From positions 9,672,001 through 9,736,000 of the forward strand of contig NC_043021.1 of NCBI RefSeq assembly GCF_006345805.1: a stretch of DNA of 64,000 nucleotides. The letters run 5' to 3'. The stretch comes from Octopus sinensis. Lineage: Eukaryota. Below, piece by piece: positions 48,347 through 59,636 of this stretch. The position numbers and the translations under genes were made by a program. Under the pieces are notes generated by a model. The model saw nothing but the letters and a program-made list of their open reading frames with translations, did no database searches and had not been told where the DNA came from. Position 1 is the first letter of the stretch. Each line of letters starts with the position of its first letter.

Positions 48347-51300
48347 GTTGGTGATTATGATGATGATGTTGAATGAGTTATATTGCATGTCATCTGTGTT
48401 GACAGACGAGGTTGACAATTGATGTAGCAGTGATAGGCGTGACTGAAAGATGGTGAGAATCAGACATAAATAAGGTTAATGGGGAGGTAGTAAGATTGAC
48501 GACAGTGATGGACAAAGTTGTTTATCTGATGATGATGAGGGTGGGGTTATGGTGACAACACTATAACATTTTTTTGTGTGTGTATGTGTGTCAGTAAGTG
48601 CTTTTTCTATTCCCTTCAAACTTTGCTTTTCTGACCTGGACATCAATGTTTTGAAACAGACTTATTTTCCATTACATCTGAGACAGATTCAGCACAGAGT
48701 TGCTGAAGCAGAAATATCGTTATGGCGAATATTCTGCTCAATGCCACAGATTTGCTTGTCAGTTGCTTGAACTTAACCACTTGAGCAAGTCCGTTGGTGA
48801 CTGACAGTGGCATCTCTGATGATGAGCAGGAGTAGTGGGGGAGCATGATAGCCATGTGTTGAGAGGGATTCTTTGGGGTTTGAGTAAATGTAACAAAAGC
48901 AAAGTTTGAAGGAAATATTAACCATAGGCGCAGGAGTGGCTGTGTGGTAAGTAGCTTGTCTACCACCACATGGTTCCGGGTTCAGTCCCACTGCGCGACA
49001 CCTTGGGCAAGTGTCTTCTACTATGGCCTCGGGCCAACCAAAGCCTTGTGAGTGGATTTGGTAGACGGAAACTGAAAGAAACCTGTCATATATATATATA
49101 TATATATGTATGTGTGTTTGTCCCTCTAGCATTGCTTGACAACCGATGCTGGTCTGCTTATGTCCCCGTTACTTAGCGGTTCGGCAAAAGAGACCGATAG
49201 AAAAAGTACTGGGCTTACAAAAAGAATAAGTCCCGGGTCGAGTTGCTCGATTAAAGGCGGTGCTCCAGCATGGCCGCAGTCAAATGACTGAAACAAGTAA
49301 AGAGTAAAGAGTATTTCTCATACTTTCTAGGGGTAGGCAAATAGGAAATAACAGTTGTTACCTCAGGATAATAATCATATTACACAGTGTAACCAAAGCT
49401 GGCAAAAGTTACGATAAGAATAATCTTTTCTACTCTTAAGCACAAAGCCCAAAATGTTTGGGGAGGGGGCCAGTCAATTAGATTGACCCCAGTATGCAAC
49501 TGGTATATAATTTATCGACCCTGAAAGGATGAAAGGCAAAGTCGACCTTGGCGAAATTCGAACTCAAAACCTAATGGCAGATGAACTACCGCTAAGCATT
49601 TCGCCTGCCATGCTAACAATTCTGCTAGCTCGACGCCTTGTTATGATTAAACCTTTCATTACGGTATTTATTTTGAGAAGCTCTGTGTTTCTTTCAATTA
49701 CTTTAAATAAAACCCACGACCACTTGACAACCGGTGTTGGTGTGTTTATGCTCTTCCACCCCGTAACTTAGCAACTGTTCAGCAAAAGTTTAAACAACAA
49801 CAAAAAAATGGTACTGGAACTAAAAATGCAACTCAGCATGGCTGAAACAACACACACTTATACATACACACATACACACACGCATTCACACGCACACACA
49901 TACACATTTCCTATTTCATCTGTCTCCTCCCCCTCCCCCCACCCACCTCTTCTCCCCTCTTCCTCCCCCCTCCTCCTGCAAAGAATTTAGTACAATAACT
50001 TAAGTTATCATTAAGCTAGTGTTAGAAACATAAATTGTGACTAAGGTTTGGTGGAAGATTTTTATTCAAAACTTATGAAAACAAGACATTTGTACTCAGA
50101 GCCAGAGATGGTTTCAGCCAGGTTGGTATCAAAAGGGTTAAGAATAATGACAATGGCAACATTAATTCATTTGTTTTTCTCTTAAATATGTAAAAAATAT
50201 ATGTATGAGGGGTTTCGACTATCTCAGTGTCTCACACCAATGAGAAATAGTACAAAATGGCAGACAATCCCTCTTTGTTTCTCCCTTTTGTCATCCAAGG
50301 ATGAGATATATATATATATTTTATCAACCAGCAGAGGTTATCTCTTTCTAAATACTTGAGGAAGATTGTTAATGGAGCAAGTTTTGATATGGCCAGTCAT
50401 CTGGATATCCTGTTTGACCCTTTAGCATTCGAACTGACCATTTGCAGTCCAAATATTTTCCTCGTTTTATATTCAAACCAGCCAAATCCAGCTTCTCACA
50501 CCTACCCTACAATGTCAGCCTAAAAGTAAACAATCACATCATCGAAATCCTGAAGCTACAAGATAATACATTATTAATTCAAAACAATGTGAATAAATAA
50601 GTAGTGGTTGGCATTAGGAAGGGCATCCAGCTGTATAAACATTGTCAGATCAGATTGGAGCATGATGCAGCCTCCCGCCTTGCCAGACCTCAGTCAAACC
50701 GTCCAACACATGCCAGCATGGAAAGCAGATGTTGATGATGTATTTGACTAAATGCTAAAGGGTTTAATAAGTCTTGTAGTACCAGATCGACAGCTTGCAT
50801 GCATGGGCCTTACTTTATATGCTAACACCCACATTGTGGTATGTTCTAAGATCCACTTTATTGTACATGTGCTAAAAGCTTCTTAATGATAGGCACAGGC
50901 ATGGTTGTGTGGTAGAAAAACTTGCTTCCCAACCACGTGGTTCCAGGTTCAGTCCCACTGCTTGGCACCTTGGGCAAGTGTCTTCTATAGCCTCAGGCCA
51001 ACCAAAACCTCGTGAGTGTATTTGGTTGGCAGAAACTGAAAGAAGCCCGTCATATATGTGTGTGTGTGTATTTGTGTCTGGTTGTCCCCCCTCCCCCATC
51101 ATTGCTTGACAACCAGTGTTGGTGTGTTTACATCCCTGTAACTTAGCAGTTTGACAAAAGAGATCAATAGAATAAGTACTAGACTCAAGGAAAAAAGTCC
51201 TGGGGTTGATTTGTTCAACTGAAACAAGTAAAATAATAAAAGAACATACATACTAATACCTACTTTATGAAATGTGTAACCTGTGCCTCCACAATGTGAT

Positions 51301-51372
51301 GTGATAGAAATTGGTGGAGGCAGCTCAGTGAGTATTTCTCCCCTAAATTGTCCTAACTTTCTTTGATTTCAG

Positions 51373-51555
51373 GCCACCGAAAGAGCCGCGTCAGCGAAAA
51401 CCCCGCCAACCGAAGGACTCGAGAAAGAAACCCCGATTGGACGAGGATGATGGCTTGACAGCTAAACAGAGGCGTAAAGTTGTGTCGAAGGCACTTATCT
51501 CCTCAAGTGAAGGCAGCGATTCTGATGATGGAGAAAAACTACAGATTGACGAAAA
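51373..51555 (+). CDS. CTR9: CTR9 exon 23 (PPKEPRQRKPRQPK...KVVSKALISSSEGSDSDDGEKLQIDE)
   Basis: tttcag| ... |gttagt; phase 2/2; SKAxISSS motif conserved in CTR9. Confidence 0.92.
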
Positions 51556-52518
51556 GTTAGTATCGTCTCCATTTATTATATATATACACTTGGTGTTTTT
51601 TCTTTGATGTCTTAAAATTTTATGTTGGAAGTTTTTAGCTTCTCTGTCTCTCCTCTCTGCCTGTCCATGTGAACTAGATTAGCATTAATCAGGTTACCCA
51701 AGAAAGGTTAGTATCTGTCTCCATTTATTATATATAGGCGCAGGAGTGGCTGTGTGGTAAGTAGCTTGCTAACCAACCACATGATTCCGGGTTCAATCCC
51801 ACTGCGTGGCAACTTGGGCAAGTGTCTTCTGCTATAGCCTCAGGCCGACCAAAGCCTTGTGAGTGGATTTGGTAGACGGAAACTGAAAGAAGCCTGTCAT
51901 ATATATGTATGTATGTGTGTGTGTGTGTCTGTGTTTGTCCCTCTAGCATTGCTTGACAACCGATGCTGGTGTGTTTACGTCCTCGTAACTTAGCGGTTCG
52001 GCAAAAGAGACCGATAGAATAAGTACTGGGCTTACAAAGAATAAGTCCCAGGGTCAATTTGCTCGACTAAAGGCAGTGCTCCAGCATGGCCACAGTCAAA
52101 TGACTGAAATGAGTAAAAGAGTATACTCTTGATGGTTTTCTTTGATGTTTTAAAAATTATGTGCGACGTTTTTAGCTTCTTTTTATCTCTCCTCTCTACC
52201 TATCCATGTGAACGAGATTAGTATTAATCAAGTTTTCCCAATCTAAACTTAAGTATTAATTGAACCAGTGACAGTCATCACTGTGTCACTTGTCATGCTG
52301 GAATTAACAGCAAAATCTCCCTAAAACTTAAAACATCTTAAAAATAGAAAAGGACCAGTAGATTATATAGTCTTAGATATATGCTTAAAAAAAAGGAATG
52401 GTCATTGATGTCCGTTTGATCAGAACTGAGTAGAACTTACAGTTCTATATTTAAGACATGAGGAATTATGTACCTTATTTACATTCGACAGATATTTGTC
52501 CTCATCTTGTTTGTTGTT

Positions 52519-52564
52519 AACACAACATTTCGGCTGATATACCCTCCAGCCTTCTTCAGGTGTC
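52519..52564 (-). ncRNA. Minimal type-I hammerhead ribozyme motif in a Penelope-like repeat end, antisense in CTR9 intron 23
   Basis: Minus strand reads GACAC-CTGAAGA-A-GGCTG(GAGGGTATAT)CAGCC-GAAA-TG-TT-GTGTT. Confidence 0.65.
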
Positions 52565-53422
52565 TTACCATGCTGGCATGGGTTGAGCTGTTTGACCATA
52601 GCTGGTAAGGCCAGGGGCCGCACCAGACTCAATTGTCTCTTCTGGCATGGTTTCTATGCCTGGATGCCCTTTCTAATGCCAACCACTTTACAGTGTATAT
52701 TGAGTGCGTTTTATGTGCCACCCAATATGCGTGCTTTTAAACCATTAATGCATAGCGTCCAAAAAAATGGTCACAGAAAAATTTACTGTTGCTTGTTAAG
52801 TAAACTACCTATTGAGCTTATTTTGGGTATGGTCTGCCTCTAAACTAGTGCTCTATGAGTGAGCAGGAGCTACATACAAACAAACCAACTATACACATGT
52901 ATGAAACAATAGAAATTTTTCCTACATTCATTTTTCTGGACACTTTGCATTAATGGGTTAATGTGGTAGCAGCCACATAGCAGTAATGAATTATTTGTGG
53001 CGAGCTGGCAGAAACGGTAGCACGCCGGGCGAAACGCGAAGCCGTATTTCATCTGCCGTTACGTTCTGAGTTCAAATTCCGCCGAGGTCAACTTTGCCTT
53101 TCATCCTTTCGTGGGTTGATAAATTAAGTACCAGTTACGCACTGGGGTCGATGTAATCGACTTAATAACTATGTCTGTCCTTGTTTGTCCCCTTGTGGGT
53201 AATAAAGAAATAAGTAATGAATTATTTGTACAGAGATGCAGTGTGACTGTAGACAGGTTCTCTCTACATCCTGGTCTGTTTCTGTATTCCTGCAAGTACT
53301 GCAGAGGTGTTGATGTGTGGCATGGTGGTGCTGTGTGAGTTTTGCCTGAATTACCAATGAATTGTTTCAGTGTTTGGCTTGTGTTGTATCTGATGGTCAA
53401 CTTGTTCCTTTGTTTCTTTCAG

Positions 53423-53900
53423 GGGAGATGGCAGCAATGATGATGACAGCAGCACCGAAGGCAGGTCGAAACAGCGTATCTTGTCTTCTGGTAGCGACAG
53501 CGACGATGGACCCTCAACATCGAAGGGAGCCCGTGGTAGAGTGAGGTCCGAAAGTGATAGTGACGATGACGGCGGCGGCCGCAGTGCCCGCAGGAGCCAG
53601 AGCGGCAGCGGCAGCAATCGCAGCGACAGCAGTTCTGACAGTGATGTTGGCGGCCGTCGAGCCGGGCGTGGACGCGTCCGTCGCCCGAAGCAGAAACGGA
53701 AGAGGAACAGTAGCAGTAGCAGCGGTAGTGGAGACGGCGGTGGCAGGTCATCTGGTGCTGAGAGTGGCGGCGGCGGTGGTAGCCCTGCGGCTACATCTCC
53801 TCGTGCAGGAGGAGACAGTGGAAGTGAGGCTGGAAGTGCTAGCCCATCAGGTGGTGCTGCTAACAGCAAGGGAAGCAACTCTGATGATGACTCGGATTGA
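53423..53900 (+). CDS. CTR9: CTR9 exon 24, terminal coding exon (GDGSNDDDSSTEG...SKGSNSDDDSD*)
   Basis: tttcag| acceptor in phase 2; in frame with ORF 53481..53900; ends DDxSD like the CTR9 C-terminus. Confidence 0.92.
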
Positions 53901-55980
53901 GTTGTGTCCCTTGTTATCCTCTCCTTCCACTCTCCCCCTCTCTCTTTCTTTCACCTCAGACTAAGAAATTCGCCTCATTTATCTTGCATCTACTGTTTTA
54001 ATCACAGCTCTGTAAATCTGCCTTCTCCTCCCTTCCCCCCCTAAAGAAATATATAAACTGTATACTGTGGGGGCCTCAAACCTCCACCTTCCATATTACT
54101 TCTCATTCCCCTCCATTCACAGACGCACACACATCTATGCATATTGATATATATATATACACACTCACACGTTTAACATAGATGCATAATATCAAAGTGC
54201 ATTCACCTACAAGTGCACCACACACACACACATACATATATATGTGTGTGTGTGTTTGATTCTGGTAATTCCGTCTCATTGTTATTCAGCTTCACACACA
54301 ATGCACTCTTTCAGATGACAAGATAACATACTCCACAAGCATGTATTGAGTACTTTATTTGTTGTTTGTAAAACAAAGTGTGTGAGTGTGTAGAGAGAGA
54401 AAGAGCAGTCATGGGCCACATGTGACAAGGAGGACTTTCTGAATGTCGAGCCTAAAGATAAAAATTGCCTCGAATTTATTGTGTGGCTCACCTGATGTTG
54501 AGTCATGTCTCCTGCGGCCCACTGATTTTCCCCCGTGCCTAGTGTAGATAAAATGTCTGTCTATCACTTTTTATGACTACTTGTGGTTGTTGTCAGCTCC
54601 TGCATAATTACTATGCTCAGTCGTGACATAGACCAGGCAGACTTGCCTTGTGTTTAAACTGAAAAACCAATTCAATCTAACAGTGCAGTGAATGGGACCC
54701 TACAGGAAAAGGATTCATCTTAACAGTGGACTGCTTTAAAAGGTGAAACAACTAGGTTAGTTGCTCTATGTATGGGTTTGTGTGCGTGTGTGAATGAATC
54801 TATATATATATGTGTGTATGTTCAGTTGTGGTAAATGAATGAGAGAAAAGTACTTAATAAATGTTGCGGAGTATGGCTTATCATATAAGATGATACTTTT
54901 TAGTTCTTAAATATAACAAAAGGTTGCTGTGTGTTTAGTGTGACTGTATTATAGATGTATATAAGTGTTTGTGTGTAATGAAACATTAAATTTGTCTTTT
55001 TTCCTCGAACTATATTTGTAAAGTAGGGGGTGCATCTTATATGCTGGTAAGTAGTACTGAAAATGAGTTTTTATTGTGCAAGTCTGGTTTCACACCTTGG
55101 TGATGTTTGGGTAAGAATTTACTAGTTCTTGCCCAAAAGAGCACATTCTAGTGTGAAACCTGAGTTGAAAGATAAAAATTTGGTTTTAATTCATTCATTC
55201 GGAAGGGCATCCAGCTGTAGAAACCATACAGAAACAGACAACTAGAGCCCAGTGCAGCTCTGTGGCTTGCCAGTGCCTGTCAAACTGTCCAACCCATGCT
55301 TGCATGGAAAAACGGACGTTAAATAATGGTACTGGCATTCCATCAGTTACGACGAGGGTTTCAGTTGATCCGATCGACGGAACAGCCTGCTCGTGAAATT
55401 TACATGCAAGTGGCTGAGCACTCCACAGACACGCGTACCCTTAACGTTGTTCTCGGGGAGATTCAGCATGACACAGAGTGTGACATGGCTGGCCCTTTGA
55501 AATATAGGTACTACTCATTTTGTGCCAGCTGAGTGTACTGGAGCAACGTGAAATAAGTGTCTGGCTCAGGGACACAGCACGCTACCAGGAATTGAACTCA
55601 CTGTGTGTGTGGTTGAAATATGTAAACGCACATATGCAAAGAGAGAATGAAAAGGAGTGAAAATCAACAATATAGATGTATAAGATAATACACATAAACA
55701 CTATATCTATGTGCTTGTGTCATCTCATAAATAAAATATATTTACATGATTTTATTTTTTATATGCACACAAGTACATGTAAGTATATAATCTTATATAT
55801 ACCATCACTCAAACATACACATCTATTTTCAGTGCACACATCATTTTATATATCTGTAATAATAAAGGGTAAAATTAATTAATAATTAATAATTTTACCA
55901 AGTAGTTTGGTATGTTAAAAGAACCATTATCGGTAAACTTAAACAAAAATTTTTATAATTATGAGTATAATTAGAATTAC

Positions 55981-56155
55981 GGTTCAGCAAAAAATTTGCT
56001 TCACCACATACCGAAATAACAGTTAAAACTAGCTATTTCTCTACCATAAGAAAATCTCCCAGACAACAATATTCTTATGGTAGAGAAATAGCTAGTTATA
56101 TTTAACTGCTATTTCTAAATTTTGGTATGTGGTGAAGCAAATTTTTTGCAGAACC
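55981..56155. mobile_element. Palindromic MITE in the putative CTR9 3'UTR
   Basis: Arms 55981-56052 and 56072-56155; a related half element at about 12560-12660. Confidence 0.75.
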
Positions 56156-56674
56156 CTAATTATAATTATACTCATAATTATAAAGATTTTTGTATATATA
56201 TCTGTATATGTAATATATGGCTACACAGACATACATACACATCTATGTATTTATGCTTTCATATTCTCTTCAAAAATAAACTGGATTGGATTTTTTTTTT
56301 AACCAAAAATTTTAGTACTTTACAAAGTGGACTTCAAAAGAAATTTTATAAGTGTATCTCTCTCTCCACACACACACAATGCTAACACAGTAAGAAACAG
56401 TATTGACTCATAAACTGTTTTAATATACTTTGTAGTATATGATGGTTGTAAGAAGAAATACCATGTCACTACCAGCAGTTTATATAATATGTGTGTGTGT
56501 ATGTATTAATTGATTATGGAGTAGAATGTGTGTTTGTGAATGAGTGTGTGAGTTAGGATGGAGTGTAAGGTGCTGCTATTAATCTTCTTTTTCTCCATCA
56601 AACCAACCCAACCATTCACCCTCCCATTCCCTGTGTTTGAACATTTTTAACAAAAATATTCCATTTATATATTA

Positions 56675-56711
56675 AATAAATTTGATGCCAAAAAGTCAAA
56701 AAAAAAATAAA
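56675..56711 (+). terminator. Candidate CTR9 polyadenylation signals (AATAAA 56675-56680 and 56706-56711)
   Basis: Two AATAAA followed by a T/GT-rich tract (tctatttttatctgttgtgtctttt). This would give a ~2.8 kb 3'UTR; earlier AATAAA hexamers also exist. Confidence 0.4.
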
Positions 56712-57390
56712 GTGATTTCATCTATTTTTATCTGTTGTGTCTTTTAATACTGAAATTAAGCTGTGACTTAGTAGCGGTTTGGTAAAAGAGACTGATAGAA
56801 TAAGTACTAGGCTTACAAAGAATGCGTCCTGGGGTTGATTTGCTCGACTAAAGGTAGTGCTCCAGCATGGCCACAGTCACATGACTGAAACAAGTAAAAG
56901 TGTAAAAGAGTATGTCCCTTCTTTCAGAATTGCTGGCATTGGGTCAAAATTTAAAACCATTATATGAGTGTGATGATGATGGTGGTGGTGGTTGTAAAAC
57001 TGGTTGAGTGCTACACTTCTCTTCTGGGATCAAATACTGGAGCTGATGCATTTCTGTACCAGCACCTGCAATTCTAGCATCCAATTCGCCTCCTGATTCC
57101 CATCTCTGCATTGAGAGGTTACAGCTCCAGTACTATGGACATGTAATTAGAATGTCACAGAAAAGCTAAGCTAACCAGTAGGAGACCTAGAGGCAGACCA
57201 GAAAATAGACGAACGGATAATATCCGTAGACCCAGTTGGTCACACTTGGGAACCCTGCTGGAAGGTATAATGCTGGTTGCTTTTGATAGGATCCTATGGA
57301 AGAGGTGTCTGCCCCCCATGACCTTCCCAAGAATAACGGGAGTACTTATTCTATCAGTCTCTTTGTTTGAATCGCGGGGATGTTATTTAA

Positions 57391-57603
57391 CCCTTTCGTT
57401 ACCAACCTGGCTGAAACCGGCTCTAGATCTGAATACAAATGTTTTGTTTTCATAAGTTTTGAATTAAAATCTTCCACTAAATCTTAGTTAAAATTTATGT
57501 TCCTCACACTGAATGATAACTAAGTTTTTTTACTAAATTCTTTGTTATATTTAAAATTGAAAGAAACACAGAGCATCTCAAAATAAATGCAGTAACAAAA
57601 GGG
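57391..57603 (-). mobile_element. Same piggyBac MITE family, opposite orientation
   Basis: ttaa-CCCTTTCGTTAC ... AACAAAAGGG-ttaa; internal sequence is the reverse complement of 45072-45292. Confidence 0.8.
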
Positions 57604-59096
57604 TTAAGGCAGCAAGCTGGCAGAATGAAAGGCATGCCAGGGGCAAAATGCTTTGTGGAATTTCGCCCAATCTTTACATTCTGAGTTCCAATTCTGCCGA
57701 GGCCAGCTTTGCCTTTCATTCTTTCAAGGTCAATTAAACAAGTACCAGTTGAATACTGGGGTTAATGTAATCAAGTAGCACCCTCCCCACAAATTTCAGG
57801 CCTCGTGCCTTAATAATAATAATAATAATTAACTCTTATTGGCCACAAGGGCTAATTTAGATCAAAACATTAAAGGACAACAGCTCGAAATTGTGTCCAC
57901 ACAGATAAATCTATGGTGGGGGTGGGGTCTATTTACTTTTGAGACGTCGTGAAGTAAAATGTTTTGCTCAAGAACACAACACACAGCCCGGTCTGGGATT
58001 CGAACTCACAACCTCACGGTCGTAAGCTCGATGCTCTAACCACTGAGCTATGCGCCTTCACTGGTCAAGAACCACTGATGTATTAATAGAAGCTTCTTCA
58101 TTGGCTCAAGCTCACAAATCTGTGCGTTTACAGCATGGATAAGCAATTTTGAAGAAGGGGTATTAGTCAATACAAACTTATCTGACTGGTGCTTTATCAA
58201 ACTCAAAGGGATGAATGACCTTGGTGGGATCTGAATTCAGAATAGAAGAACTAAACTGACAATCAATCGGTTACGACGACGAGTATTCCAGTTGATCCAA
58301 TCAATGGAACAGCCTGCTCATCAAATTAACACATAAGTGGCTGAGGACTCCACAGACGTGTGTACCCATAACGTATTCAACATTGCACACAATGAAATAC
58401 AGGTACATATCTTTTTTCTTTTTTTTTTTGCCAGATAGGTGCAGGAGTGGCTGTGTGGTAAGTAGCTTGCTAACCAACCACATGGTTCCGGGTTCAGTCC
58501 CACTGCGTGGAATCTTGGGCAAGTGTCTTCTGCTATAACCTCGGACCGACCAATGCCTTGTGAGTGGATTTGGTAGACGGAAACTGAAAGAAGCCTGTCA
58601 TATATATGTATGTATATGTATATATATATATATATGTTTGTGTGTCTGTGTTTGTCCCTCTAGCATTGCTTGACAACCGATGCTGGTGTGTTTACGTCCC
58701 CGTCACTTAGCGGTTCGGCAAAAGAGACCGATAGAATAAGTACTGGGCTTACAAAGAATAAGTCCCGGGGCCAATTTGCTCAACTAAAGGCGGTGCTCCA
58801 GCATGGCCGCAGTCAAAATGACTGAAGCAAGTAACAGAGTAAAGAGTATAACTAGGCTGGAGCAACATGGAATAAAGTGTCTTGCTCAAGAACACAACAC
58901 GCCACCAGGAATCAAACTCCCAACCTTATGATCATGATCTGAATACCACTATCCACTTAACCACATACAGATTCACTTGTATGAAAGAGCTGCAACCTTC
59001 GGCAATAATAATAGCATCAAATAATGGCACAATGTCACATTTTGTTGGAGGAAATAAAATCAGTTATGTGGGCCCCAATTTTTAATTGTGTATTAA

Positions 59097-59636
59097 CCCT
59101 CGTTACTATATTCCTGTTGAGATGCTATGTGTTTATTTCAATTAATTTTAAATATAACAAAGAATTTAGTAAAATAACTTATCATTCAGCTAGTGTTAGG
59201 AACATAAATTGTGACTAAGGTTTGGTGGATTATTTTAGTTCAGGACTTTTGAAAACAAGGCATTTGTATCACAGAGCCAGAGGCGGTCACAAAAGGGTTA
59301 AATATAACAAAGAATTTAATAAAATAACTTAGTTATCATTCAGCTAGTGTTAGGAACATAAATTGTGACTAAGGTTTAGTGGGAGATTTTAGTTCAGAAC
59401 TTTTGAAAACAAGGCATTTGTATCACAGAGCCAGAGGCGGTTTCATCTGCGTTGGTATCAAAAGGGTTAAATATAAGAAAGAATTTAGTAAAATAACTTA
59501 GTTATCATTAAGCTAGTGTTAGGAACATAAATTGTGACTAAGGTTTGGTGGAAGATTTTAATTCAAAACTTTTGAAAAATAGGACATCTATACTAGAGAG
59601 CCAGAGGCAGTTTCAGCCAAGTTGCTATCAAAAGGG
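59097..59636 (+). mobile_element. Head-to-tail triplet of piggyBac MITE units
   Basis: Three ~170-200 bp units, each ending AAAAGGG-TTAA. Confidence 0.8.

Noticed and set aside
53351-53964. Overlapping ORFs 53351..53878 (-), 53419..53751 (-) and 53554..53964 (+)
   Set aside because: Shadow frames of the GC-rich low-complexity CTR9 exon 24
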